NCBI GenBank assembly: GCA_963674595.2
Contig: CAXXFV010000014.1
Coordinates: 64,001 to 128,000 of the forward strand
Source: a bacterium
GTDB lineage: Bacteria; Zhuqueibacterota; Zhuqueibacteria; Residuimicrobiales; Krinioviventaceae
DNA: 64,000 nucleotides
Direction: 5' to 3'
Notes under the pieces: model-generated
The model's database searches: none
What the model saw: only the letters and a program-made list of their open reading frames with translations
What the model was told of the DNA's origin: nothing
Made by a program: the position numbers and the translations under genes
In this document: positions 40,112-50,123 of the stretch, in pieces
How the letters are laid out: every line of letters starts with the position of its first letter
How positions within the stretch are numbered: position 1 is the stretch's first letter

Positions 40112-40159
40112 GGATACAATTTCTTTTAGAATATTAGATGTTAAAAATTCACCCGGGTA

Positions 40160-42130
40160 TTATTTTATCAATAGTACTTTCTCAGTCTGTGTTACTTTGT
40201 CTGTCTGCATGCGGATCAGATAGGCCCCGGAAGGCACCTTGCTTCCGTTTTCATTCGTTGCATCCCAAGACACCTGATAACTGCCTGCTGGTTGATTGCT
40301 GCTGTAAAGTGTCTTGATAAAAGAACCAAGGGTATTGTAAACGGATATTTCTACACGTTCCTCTTTGGCTAATTGATAGGCAACTGTCGTTGTGGGATTA
40401 AAGGGATTCGGATAAGCCGCAAACAACTGCGTGATCATGGGCAAAGCATCAATATGAACAGATGTGGAAGCAATCACATTCCGTTCCCCTTCAATACTAA
40501 CCTCGGACAGACGGTAGGTATAATCCGCCTCTGCTTCAACGGTTTTATCGATAAAAGCGTATTCGGTCCGGTTTGATGTACTGCCCTGGCCTTCAAGTAC
40601 GCTGTGGGTCTGGTACGAAGCAATTGTCGTCCAGGACAACTCGTCCAAAGAACGCTCCAGAACAAATCCCAAATTATCGGTTTCGCTTTCGGTGGCCCAT
40701 TCCAAAATCACAGCTTGTTCTTCACATTTAGCAAAAAAAGAGGACAGCTCAACCGGCAAGGAAGCATCTCCGTTGGAAAGCGGCTCATTACTGAGGCTGC
40801 CCGAGACGGTCCCTTTGTCCAGAGTCAAACCGGCGTTTTCCACAATCACTCCCTGGACAACACCTGTCGCATCCGAAGCAACATCACCTGTTAAAAAGTA
40901 CCATGTACCACCTATGCCGATTGAGCTGGAAAAACTTGAAAATGTTGCCGAATTTCCATCACCAGGGTCGCTTCCTACCGTAGAGCCGATTTGAGAATCT
41001 GATCCGAATGTTGCATCAGCAGATGCCCATAGTTTGAGATTAGAGAGTCCGGTACGTGTGCCGTTCAGTTTAATGGCGGCATCTGTCAGGGAAGCGCCCG
41101 CCACATCGCCGGTTAATTGAAAACGTCCGATCACCTGGTCTGTACTTCCTCGTGTGACGTCAGGCGTAAAGCTGCTGCCGTTGGTAAAAGTCACATTTAC
41201 GTTATCTGTGGTAAACGTTTCTATACCGCCATAAGCCGTACCCTGCGCGTTGATGGCGTAAGCCTGATAGTAATAGGTCGTTCCCGGTGCAAGTGATCCG
41301 ATGGATTCGCTGAATTCGCTGGTTTCAGCACCGTTTACATCCTGGGTGACACCTGCATCACCGATATAAGGTTTTGTATCGGTTGAAGAATACACCACGC
41401 CGCGTTCCGTGATGGCATTACCACCGTCACTCGTAATATTACCACCCAAAGTGGCCGATGTTTGGGAAACCGATGCTGCCGCCAAAGTTGTTAAAGCTGC
41501 TTCAGTCGGAGGTGTTGTACTTGCTTCATAATAAATATTAATATCATCCACAGCAAAATCATTACCTATGGCAGCAGACTGAGCATTGGTCAATGTAAGA
41601 GTTGGACGTGTGGAGGTTGCTGTAAACGAACCGTAAAGACGGGTCCAGATATGATAAGAAGTGCAGGTCAGGGTACCGATGACTTCCGCATCAGCCTTGA
41701 ATGTCAGAGAAGCATGGGCATTAGCATCGGTAACATCCATAATCCAGGCAGACAAATCATATTTTTGTCCGACAATCAAATCCTGACTGGGTGTTCCCTG
41801 CCAAACGATCGCTGAAGTATTGGTAGCCCCATTCGCAATGAACATGAGGCCGTCTCCGGTAGTGTGATCTGTTCCATCAACCCAACCCCAATGAAAATCA
41901 TAGGCGCTATAGCCGACACTATAAAATCCCTCAGATTCCAGTTCATTATTAACACCGGGTACATCAGCGACATAGCCATAATCACTCGAAAACGCGGTAT
42001 TACCGGATGAAAAATCGCCATTATTAACAACGATCCTTTCGAGAGCAATCGCGGGCATATTGGAACCGACAAACAATATAACTATTGCTACAATCGCACT
42101 GAATAAAATTCTAAATTGGTTTCTATCCAT
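40160..42130 (-). CDS. Secreted CBM-like plus Fn3-like protein with constant CTD module (array gene D)
   Basis: NGDF..GN...GNDFAVDDI; SATLGGNITSDGG..ERGVVYS..YYYQAYAIN; SLPVELSSF. Confidence 0.88.
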   Translation of the reverse strand: MDRNQFRILFSAIVAIVILFVGSNMPAIALERIVVNNGDFSSGNTAFSSDYGYVADVPGVNNELESEGFYSVGYSAYDFHWGWVDGTDHTTGDGLMFIANGATNTSAIVWQGTPSQDLIVGQKYDLSAWIMDVTDANAHASLTFKADAEVIGTLTCTSYHIWTRLYGSFTATSTRPTLTLTNAQSAAIGNDFAVDDINIYYEASTTPPTEAALTTLAAASVSQTSATLGGNITSDGGNAITERGVVYSSTDTKPYIGDAGVTQDVNGAETSEFSESIGSLAPGTTYYYQAYAINAQGTAYGGIETFTTDNVNVTFTNGSSFTPDVTRGSTDQVIGRFQLTGDVAGASLTDAAIKLNGTRTGLSNLKLWASADATFGSDSQIGSTVGSDPGDGNSATFSSFSSSIGIGGTWYFLTGDVASDATGVVQGVIVENAGLTLDKGTVSGSLSNEPLSNGDASLPVELSSFFAKCEEQAVILEWATESETDNLGFVLERSLDELSWTTIASYQTHSVLEGQGSTSNRTEYAFIDKTVEAEADYTYRLSEVSIEGERNVIASTSVHIDALPMITQLFAAYPNPFNPTTTVAYQLAKEERVEISVYNTLGSFIKTLYSSNQPAGSYQVSWDATNENGSKVPSGAYLIRMQTDKVTQTEKVLLIK

Positions 42131-42312
42131 ATTTTTTAACTCCTGAAAAATTCTTCCCTATTTTTTTTGGATTAATGTTAAAAAATTCTTACATTATATC
42201 AATTAAAGTATGTTAAGATTGGTAAAACTTGACATTTTAACAAATCAGAGATAGAGGGCATTTGCACTGCCGTTTCCTGATTTCTCTCCAATATTCAAAG
42301 TTATACACTTTT

Positions 42313-44052
42313 ATGATAAAAAATTCGATTACGAGATGCATTCTAAGCATCATACTGTTTTTAGCTACAACGGTCCTATCAGCACATTCAAAACCTTTTG
42401 ATTTCAAGTCAGAGATAGGCCGTCTGGACTCACTTGGAACTCGTGAATTTCGTTTGGCGGTTGATTCGCTTTATTTTCAACTGGACCGTATCAATGATCC
42501 GGTGCAAAAAAAAGCATTAACAGAAAAAGTGTTTTCCATTACCGCCGCCAGGGATGAGATGGCCCATATACGATCACTGGCCTATCCGGTTATCTATCCA
42601 GATTCCATACGAGTCCGCTATCTGAATAAAGCATTCAAACTTGCTAAAAAATTAAAATCGAAAAAAGAAATGGCCTGGCTGGAAGAACGACGCTGCCGTT
42701 ACTATATGGAAAAGGCACGTTATGATTCTGCAATGATCAGCATATTAAAAATAAGGGATGATTACAGACCTGTTCCGGGCAGTGATGAATATATAAACAT
42801 TGAAAATCTTTTAGGGGACATATACTATAAAGCAGGCTTGTACGAACAGGCCCAAAAAGTATATCTGGGCATTCTAGATGAATATAAAAAGAGCAATCAG
42901 TGGAACTTTTGGCGCCCTTTTGTCATCATGAACAACATAGGCCTCGTAGGAATCAAAACAAAAAATTATCAGCTGGCTATTAACTGGTTCAATGAAACGT
43001 TACGAATGGCTGATATCCACCTGACGATTCCGGAAAAAAATAACATAGTAGCATTCACATTGGTAAAATTAATGGAATGTTATATAAAAATCGGTCGTAA
43101 TGCGGAGGCCCGAAAATATTTAAAAAAGGTGGAATCAATCCCACAAGATGAGATATATGCTGATGTTCAGCAGGAACTGATGTTTTGGAAAAGCAACCTC
43201 TTGTTAAAGGAAGGAAATCCTAAAGGTGCACTTGTTCAGGTGCAATCGCTTTTAACCTATGCAGATGAAAGACCGGCATTTGTAAGGTTTAATGCCGAAA
43301 TTGATTTGTTGCTGTCTCACATCTATAAAGCCTTGAATAATCCTGACAAGTCGTTACATTACCTGGAGAACTATACAGTCGTTCATGATTCTCTGAAAAA
43401 CAAAAGTCACTCTGTTCATTCATTAATGCTTCTTGCCAATAAGGACCTTCAGCTTGCTAAAGAAAAATTGCGGGCATCACATCGGGAAAAGATGTATATG
43501 ATCTCCATACTTTTATTTATGGTGATCGTTTTACTGGTTGTTTCACTGCTCTACTGGCGCCTCTATTTATCAAAATTACAACTTGTTAATAAAACTGTTG
43601 AAAAAGAAATTCAAAGGGAAAAACAAACCATACAAAAATATCAGGAGGATGTTGCCGGTCTTTCAACTGAAAAGTACCATAGTGAACTTGATGATTTGAT
43701 CGACCAATTACAAAAACTGGTTGCTGAAGAAAAAATTTATCTTGATCCGGAACTAAATATTCAAAAAACAGCTCAGTATTTATCAACAAACCGTACCTAT
43801 CTATCGACTGCCATAAATAGTTTTTATGATATGAATTTCCCTTCCTATATCAACCAACTAAGGATACAGGAATCCATAGACCTGATTTCAAAGGGTTATA
43901 CTTCAAAGCTCACATTAGAAGCTTTGGCAATGCAATCCGGGTTTTCCAGCCGGACTGTATTCATCACGGCCTTTAAAAAATATACCGGTGTCCCCCCTTC
44001 GTTTTTTATCAAAAATTATAAAAGTTACTTAAACAAACCGGTGCTGCAATAA
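42313..44052 (+). CDS. Membrane-spanning TPR-sensor AraC-family regulator
   Basis: Signal peptide, TPRs, one TM helix, C-terminal AraC HTH (TNRTYLS..IN, SGFSSR.VF..AFKKYTG.PPS). Confidence 0.9.
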   Translation: MIKNSITRCILSIILFLATTVLSAHSKPFDFKSEIGRLDSLGTREFRLAVDSLYFQLDRINDPVQKKALTEKVFSITAARDEMAHIRSLAYPVIYPDSIRVRYLNKAFKLAKKLKSKKEMAWLEERRCRYYMEKARYDSAMISILKIRDDYRPVPGSDEYINIENLLGDIYYKAGLYEQAQKVYLGILDEYKKSNQWNFWRPFVIMNNIGLVGIKTKNYQLAINWFNETLRMADIHLTIPEKNNIVAFTLVKLMECYIKIGRNAEARKYLKKVESIPQDEIYADVQQELMFWKSNLLLKEGNPKGALVQVQSLLTYADERPAFVRFNAEIDLLLSHIYKALNNPDKSLHYLENYTVVHDSLKNKSHSVHSLMLLANKDLQLAKEKLRASHREKMYMISILLFMVIVLLVVSLLYWRLYLSKLQLVNKTVEKEIQREKQTIQKYQEDVAGLSTEKYHSELDDLIDQLQKLVAEEKIYLDPELNIQKTAQYLSTNRTYLSTAINSFYDMNFPSYINQLRIQESIDLISKGYTSKLTLEALAMQSGFSSRTVFITAFKKYTGVPPSFFIKNYKSYLNKPVLQ

Positions 44053-44096
44053 CTTAATCTTTGCCTATTAACCATTCCTGCCAAAAAATCACAACC

Positions 44097-47000
44097 TCAT
44101 TTTATCAACAAAACTTTCTCAGTCTGTGTCACTTTTTCAGTCTGCATGCGAATAAAAAAAGTTCCGGAAGGCACCTTGCTGCCGTTTTCATCTGTGGCGT
44201 TCCAGTTAACCCGATAACGACCTGCCGGCTGAGTGCTGTAATTAAGTATTTTTATATGTGAACCAAGAGTGTTGTATACGGATATTTGCACATGCGTCTC
44301 TTTGGCCAGTTGATATGTAACTGTTGTCAAGGGGTTAAAGGGATTTGGATAAGCAGCAAATAACTGCATAGTCTCAGGCAAAGCTTCAATATGAACAGAT
44401 GTTGAAGCAATGACTTTCTGTTGTCCTTCAATATTAACCTCGGAAAGTCGATAAGTATAATCAGCTTCATTTGTAACGGCTTTATCGGTAAAAGTATATT
44501 CGGTCCGGCTTGATGTGGTTCCCTGTCCCTCAAGAGTATTGTGCGTCAGGTACGATGCAATTGTAACCCAGGACAGTTTATCCTGCGAACGCTCTAAAAC
44601 AAAACCAAGATTATCTCTTTCACTTTCGGTCACCCACTCCAAAACCACAAATTGACCTTCAGACCGGGCGGTAAAAGAAGATAGTTCTACGGGAAGAGAT
44701 ACATCCTCTCCGTTTAGCCATGAGAGAAAAGGATAGCCGTTGTTAATGGAACAACTGCAATCCATGTCCCAGTAATCATTATTGCCGTTCGCCGTTTCTG
44801 CTTCAAAATCCCAGTCAGAATCCGTAAAAGTAGCAAGCGTTTTCATTTCTGCTGTGATTTTAGGTGTACCTTTGCCGGTATCGTTTTGATCTGTGGTTTC
44901 CGAATCGTAAAAACAATCGGTCACACTGGCCGAATTAGAACCTACCAGCCCGCCTGTGGCAGAAGAACCGGAAACACTGCCCTTGGCATAACTTTTATTC
45001 AGCGTTGCGCCTGAGATATTTGAACCTGCCAAACCGCCCACATCTGATGTGCCGAAAACACTGCCGTTGGCATAACAGTTATTCACTTCAGAGCTAAACT
45101 GGTTGCTTCCCACCAGTCCACCCACATCCGTTGAGCCCGACACACTGGTATTGGCATAACACTGGCCAAGCAGTGCATTATAATTACTTCCGGCCAGGCC
45201 CCCCACATTGACATTCCCTGTTACACTGCCGGTCGTATAACACTTTTTCACGGTGCTGGATGTATGTATATGACCTATCAAACCTCCAACATTATTGACG
45301 CCGGTAATATTGACATTAATCAACCCCAAATTTTTTATTACAGCTCCATTTATATAACCAAACAATCCGATATAACTGGGTGCCGCTCTGTTGATGGTCA
45401 GGCTGTTGATGGTAAAAGATTGACCGTCGTAAGAGCCGGTAAAATCGTCCGAGCCGTTTCCAATGGTCAAAAATCCGGTACCGCCATTCCAGGTACTGGT
45501 TGCAGACGCATCAATGTCTGCGGTTTGTTTATAATACTTGTTCCAATAATTGATACTCAGGGACAGCCAGCCAAGGTTTTCCAAATTGGCAATCTGGTAA
45601 GGATCGCCGCTTGATCCGTCACCGTTTGCAGGCTGTGTAGCTATCCAGTTAAGTGACTCATCGCTGCCGTCCTGCCAACTCAGATAGGGATAACCGATGT
45701 TGATTGCCTGGTTATAATCCATATCCCAGACATCGTCGCTGCCGTTGGCGGTCTCTGTTGCAAAGTCCCAATTGGCATCGGTAAAGGTCAGATGAATTTT
45801 CATAAAAGTTGTTGTTGTGGGCTCTCCTTTACCGGTGTCGTTTTGCCCGGAGATCCATTGGTCATAAAAGCTCTCACTAACCGTGGAAACGTTATCGCCT
45901 ACGAGACCGCCTGTCTCGGATGAGCCAGAGACATTACCGGCTGCATAACATCTGTTGACTGTTCCTCCTGCATTCCGACCAATCAATCCGCCAACGTCTG
46001 ATGTGCCGGAGACATTGCCCCGCGCATAACATTTTTGTACTGTGGCGGAAATATAATTATAGCCCACCAGTCCACCTACAACCGAGGCGCCGTTAACGCC
46101 GGCCATAGAATAACACTGCTCAAGGGCAGCATTATAGCTCATGCCCGCAATACCCCCAACATTATTGTTACCGCTGACATTACCGGTAGAGTAACACTTT
46201 CTTACTGTCGAGCCGGCTCTATTGTTACCCACCAGACAACCCACATCATAATTGCCGGTAATATCAACATTGAGCAATGCAATATTTTCCAGGGTGGCAC
46301 TGTTTGTATAGCCAAACAATCCGACATCACTTGTTGATGACCGGTCAATGGTCAATCCGGAAATGGTATATAACTGGCCGTTATAAGATCCGCTAAATTC
46401 GGTGGTACTGTTACCAACGGGCGAAAATCCGGCGCCGTTGAACCAGGTGCCGGTTGTTGAAGCATCGATATTTTCAGTTTGAATATAGTGTTGGTCCCAT
46501 TTATTTGCGAACATATTGAGCCAGGCCAGCTCACTCAGGGATGCGATCTGGTAAGGATTGCTGCTGGAACCGGTACCCGCTGCCGGTTTGGCCGGAATAG
46601 ATACATCTGAACCATCCTGCCAACTGAGATAGGGGTAACAGCCACCAATGCTGCCGGTATAGTCCATGTCCCAGATGTTATTGCTGCCATTGTTTATCTC
46701 CACTTCCAGGTCCCACCCGGCATTGAAAAAGGTACTGAATGTCTGCATGGCCTGTGTGGTTTTGGGGACGCCCTTGCCGCTATTGTCACTTCGTCCGGTA
46801 GTTTCGCCGTCAAAAAAGCTGCTGGTCACGGTGGCAGAATTGGCCCCGACCAAACCGCCAACATCGGATGTACCGGTGACGCTGCCCCGGGCATAACATT
46901 TATCTATAGTTGCGGAGTTGGTGTTTGCACCCGTCAGACCGCCAATATCGGAAGTGCCGGAAATTTCAGCTGCGGAATAACAGTTGCGTACCATACAATT

Positions 47001-49601
47001 ATTATTGCTGCCGGTCACACCGCCCACATCAGACGTGCCGGAGACACTGCCGGTAGTGTAACACTGGACAATAGTGGCTGAAGAGTTTACCCCGGCTATT
47101 CCGCCCACATACTGGCCGCCGGTTATATCCGCACCGGTCAAAGCAATGTTTTTGATCTCGGCGCCATTCAAAAAGCCAAAAAGCCCAATAAAATTTTCAG
47201 ACGCCCGGCTTATTTGCAGGTTATCAATGGCATAGCCCTGGCCGTCATAAAATCCGCTAAAATCGTTTGCCAGGGCGCCAATGGGGGGAAATCCGGCCCC
47301 ATCATCCAGAGCACTGCTTTCCGAGGCATCAATGTCAGCAATTTGAATAAAATATTTACCCCATTCCGTCGAATTCTGGCTGACCCAATACAGATTTTCA
47401 AATGTGGCAATCTGGTAGGGAGCACCGCTGGAACCATCACCACTTGTCGGGGCCACCGGCAACATATCCAGTGAAATGGCAGCACCGTCCTGCCAGCTCA
47501 GGTAAGGATAGCCGCTGTTGATGGCCTCCGAATAATCCAAATCCCAGCGATCAGCCGTGCCGTTGTCGGTTTCCCGTTCAAAATCCCAGCCGGCATCAGT
47601 AAAAGTAGCGAGTGTTTTCATCTCGGCAGTGGATTTTGGTAGTCCTCTGTCTGAATCAATTAAACCGCAGAGTTCACTATCATAAAAACTGTTTTCCGCA
47701 GTGTTGCTGCCATCGCCTATCAAACCGCCAAAATCAAAGGAAGCGGAGACAGTGCCTGCTGCGTAACAATGGGCAACCGTTCCGGCATTGAGTCCAACCA
47801 GACCTCCGGTGTGATTATTCCCGTTTACAGTGACTCTTGCATAGCAATATCTCACTGTATTTGTCGAATATCCCACCAGCCCGCCGATGGCGAAATGTCC
47901 TTCAACACTGCCGTTTGCATAACTGTTAGAGACAATACCCTTGCTATTACCTAAAAGTCCGCCGACCTGGTTATTATTACTACTGACATCGGCGTTTGCA
48001 TAACATTTGTTGATGGTAGAATAATAATTCATGTTTCCCACCAATCCGCCTACATTATTTGCGCCGGTTACGGAACCCGTAGAATAACACTTGGAAATTG
48101 AAGAGTAGCCGTCACAGTTGCCAACAAGGGCGCCAACCTGATTATCACCGGAAACCGTTGCGTTTTTTATCCCCATATTTTGAATCTCTGCCCCGTTTGT
48201 ATTACCAAAAAGTCCCACATTATTTTGAAACGAATAATTAAGTGAGGCATTGGAAATTCGATAGTTCTGGCCATTATAGGTGCCGGAAAAAGAATTATTC
48301 GGGTTGCCGATGACAGGTAAACCTGCCTGACCATTGAATGTGTTTGCAGACGAGGCGTCAATGTTGGTAGTTTGAATGTAAAATTTGTTCCATTTATCAC
48401 GATTCAAACCGATCCACGCCAGATCTTCTATGCTTGTAATTTGGTAGGGATTGCCCTCGGTTCCGTCACCGGCAGGTGTGGCGGGAAACAGTGGCAGCGA
48501 TGTGGCTGCTTCGTCCTGCCAGCTCAGGTAAGGATAGCCATTGTTGGTTGCTCCTGAAAAGTCCATATCCCAAAGATCGCCTGTACCATTGTGTGTTTCC
48601 CATTCAAAATCCCAATCAAAATTGAGAAACGTCGACAATGTTTTCATTTCAACAGTTGATCTGGGCGTTCCTTTACCTGTATCGTTACAGCCGGAGGTTT
48701 GAGCGTCATAAAAGCTGTCACTCACGCTGCCGGTGTTTTCACCCACTAATCCGCCAAAGTCAAAATTTGCTGAAACACTGCCGGTAGAATAACAATGAGT
48801 AACTGTTACCCCGTTGTTAAAGCCCACCAGGCCGCCAGTATGGTTATTGCCCGAGACATCTCCGGCAGCATAGCAGTTGTTTATTTCTCGTTGTTGTGAG
48901 TAGCCTGCCAGACCACCTACGGCATAAACACCATGGACATTACCCTTGGCAAATGATCTTTTAATAATTCCTCTACAATTACCTATAAGTCCACCAACTT
49001 GATTTTGGTTACCTGTGACATCCGCGTTTGAATAACTGCTGACAATGGTTGCATAATATTCTAAATAACCCGCCAATCCACCAACATTGGAATGCCCGTT
49101 TACGGTTCCGGTAGAATGACACCCTCTTATTATAGAATAGCCGTGAACATTACCGACAATAGCGCCAACCTGATCATAACCGCAAATATTAACGTTTCTC
49201 ATGTCCAGGTATTGGATGGTTGCATCATTGACAGCGCCGAATAGTCCACAGTTGTTATTATCAGAACGATTGATATATAAATCAGTAATACGATAGTTCT
49301 GGCCGTTATATGAACCGGAAAATTTATGTGTTAGATTACCTATGGGCAAGAAGCCATCATATGTAAGATTGTCGTTTACATTCCAGGCATGGGTCTCAGA
49401 GGCGTCAATATTGGCGGTTTGCTCGAAATTGGAGTCCCATGAAGCCGAATTGGTGCTGATCCAGAGGAGGTGATCCAAAGTGGAAACCTCATAAGGAACA
49501 TCCGATGTGCCGGAACCCGGCGGTTGGGTGCCGTCGGCAAACAAATTATTAATCCCCAATATTAACAATACCACTATGAATCGCAATGTTTTCATATTCA
49601 T
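44097..49601 (-). CDS. Large GLUG-motif surface protein with five tandem repeats plus constant CTD module (array gene E)
   Basis: Five G.G....PY.I/V starts and GYP(Y/F)LSW-type ends; many VGGLVG motifs; SLPVELSSF; AAYPNPFNP. Confidence 0.92.
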   Translation of the reverse strand: MNMKTLRFIVVLLILGINNLFADGTQPPGSGTSDVPYEVSTLDHLLWISTNSASWDSNFEQTANIDASETHAWNVNDNLTYDGFLPIGNLTHKFSGSYNGQNYRITDLYINRSDNNNCGLFGAVNDATIQYLDMRNVNICGYDQVGAIVGNVHGYSIIRGCHSTGTVNGHSNVGGLAGYLEYYATIVSSYSNADVTGNQNQVGGLIGNCRGIIKRSFAKGNVHGVYAVGGLAGYSQQREINNCYAAGDVSGNNHTGGLVGFNNGVTVTHCYSTGSVSANFDFGGLVGENTGSVSDSFYDAQTSGCNDTGKGTPRSTVEMKTLSTFLNFDWDFEWETHNGTGDLWDMDFSGATNNGYPYLSWQDEAATSLPLFPATPAGDGTEGNPYQITSIEDLAWIGLNRDKWNKFYIQTTNIDASSANTFNGQAGLPVIGNPNNSFSGTYNGQNYRISNASLNYSFQNNVGLFGNTNGAEIQNMGIKNATVSGDNQVGALVGNCDGYSSISKCYSTGSVTGANNVGGLVGNMNYYSTINKCYANADVSSNNNQVGGLLGNSKGIVSNSYANGSVEGHFAIGGLVGYSTNTVRYCYARVTVNGNNHTGGLVGLNAGTVAHCYAAGTVSASFDFGGLIGDGSNTAENSFYDSELCGLIDSDRGLPKSTAEMKTLATFTDAGWDFERETDNGTADRWDLDYSEAINSGYPYLSWQDGAAISLDMLPVAPTSGDGSSGAPYQIATFENLYWVSQNSTEWGKYFIQIADIDASESSALDDGAGFPPIGALANDFSGFYDGQGYAIDNLQISRASENFIGLFGFLNGAEIKNIALTGADITGGQYVGGIAGVNSSATIVQCYTTGSVSGTSDVGGVTGSNNNCMVRNCYSAAEISGTSDIGGLTGANTNSATIDKCYARGSVTGTSDVGGLVGANSATVTSSFFDGETTGRSDNSGKGVPKTTQAMQTFSTFFNAGWDLEVEINNGSNNIWDMDYTGSIGGCYPYLSWQDGSDVSIPAKPAAGTGSSSNPYQIASLSELAWLNMFANKWDQHYIQTENIDASTTGTWFNGAGFSPVGNSTTEFSGSYNGQLYTISGLTIDRSSTSDVGLFGYTNSATLENIALLNVDITGNYDVGCLVGNNRAGSTVRKCYSTGNVSGNNNVGGIAGMSYNAALEQCYSMAGVNGASVVGGLVGYNYISATVQKCYARGNVSGTSDVGGLIGRNAGGTVNRCYAAGNVSGSSETGGLVGDNVSTVSESFYDQWISGQNDTGKGEPTTTTFMKIHLTFTDANWDFATETANGSDDVWDMDYNQAINIGYPYLSWQDGSDESLNWIATQPANGDGSSGDPYQIANLENLGWLSLSINYWNKYYKQTADIDASATSTWNGGTGFLTIGNGSDDFTGSYDGQSFTINSLTINRAAPSYIGLFGYINGAVIKNLGLINVNITGVNNVGGLIGHIHTSSTVKKCYTTGSVTGNVNVGGLAGSNYNALLGQCYANTSVSGSTDVGGLVGSNQFSSEVNNCYANGSVFGTSDVGGLAGSNISGATLNKSYAKGSVSGSSATGGLVGSNSASVTDCFYDSETTDQNDTGKGTPKITAEMKTLATFTDSDWDFEAETANGNNDYWDMDCSCSINNGYPFLSWLNGEDVSLPVELSSFTARSEGQFVVLEWVTESERDNLGFVLERSQDKLSWVTIASYLTHNTLEGQGTTSSRTEYTFTDKAVTNEADYTYRLSEVNIEGQQKVIASTSVHIEALPETMQLFAAYPNPFNPLTTVTYQLAKETHVQISVYNTLGSHIKILNYSTQPAGRYRVNWNATDENGSKVPSGTFFIRMQTEKVTQTEKVLLIK

Positions 49602-49656
49602 GTTCCTTAACCCGGTTTTTTCTAATAATTATAAAAATCAGTGTAATGGACTGTAA

Positions 49657-49986
49657 TTATAAAAAAGATAAAAGTTCCAGCAGGTTGTCTTTGGGAACCA
49701 AACCATCGGCACCAGCCCGAAGGGCTTTATCACGGTATTTTCCACCGGTATAATCTGAAATGGCGATAATCCTTGATTCAGGAAAATATTGTTTTATCTG
49801 TTCAATAATTTTAAAACATAGGGCTTTATTCATGTCCATCAATACAAAATCCGGTTTGAATTGACTGTATGCAAAAATTATATCCCGACCTTCATCAAGC
49901 TCTAAAAACCCGTCTTTATCTGTGGTAATAAAATGACGTAAAAAAGTCCTGAATCTTTTGTTATCGCTGATTAATAGATATTTCAT
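49657..49986 (-). CDS. Stand-alone response regulator receiver domain
   Basis: KPDFVLMDM, IIAIS, AGADGLVPKD. Confidence 0.8.
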   Translation of the reverse strand: MKYLLISDNKRFRTFLRHFITTDKDGFLELDEGRDIIFAYSQFKPDFVLMDMNKALCFKIIEQIKQYFPESRIIAISDYTGGKYRDKALRAGADGLVPKDNLLELLSFL

Positions 49987-50075
49987 TATTTAAATTTTAT
50001 AAATTGTAAAAATAGTTCGGTTTAATGTAATTATTTTTACAAATAAATAAATGAGGGAGAGCGCACTATTTTCTA

Positions 50076-50087
50076 TGCGTTAACGCA
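50076..50087. promoter_or_regulatory. Palindrome, candidate NarL-type regulator site
   Basis: TGCGTTAACGCA, with a degenerate neighbour at 50052-50065, upstream of the receiver and GLUG genes. Confidence 0.45.
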
Positions 50088-50123
50088 CAAAAGAGGGGAA
50101 ATTTAACAGGCAGGTATAAACGT

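Noticed and set aside
32905-44700. Diversity-generating retroelement (TR/VR pairs)
   Set aside because: No reverse transcriptase in the window; all repeats are coding CTDs and the differences are not adenine-specific.
32905-49601. Shufflon/invertible cassette system
   Set aside because: The repeats are direct, each gene has its own start and signal peptide, and no site-specific recombinase is present.
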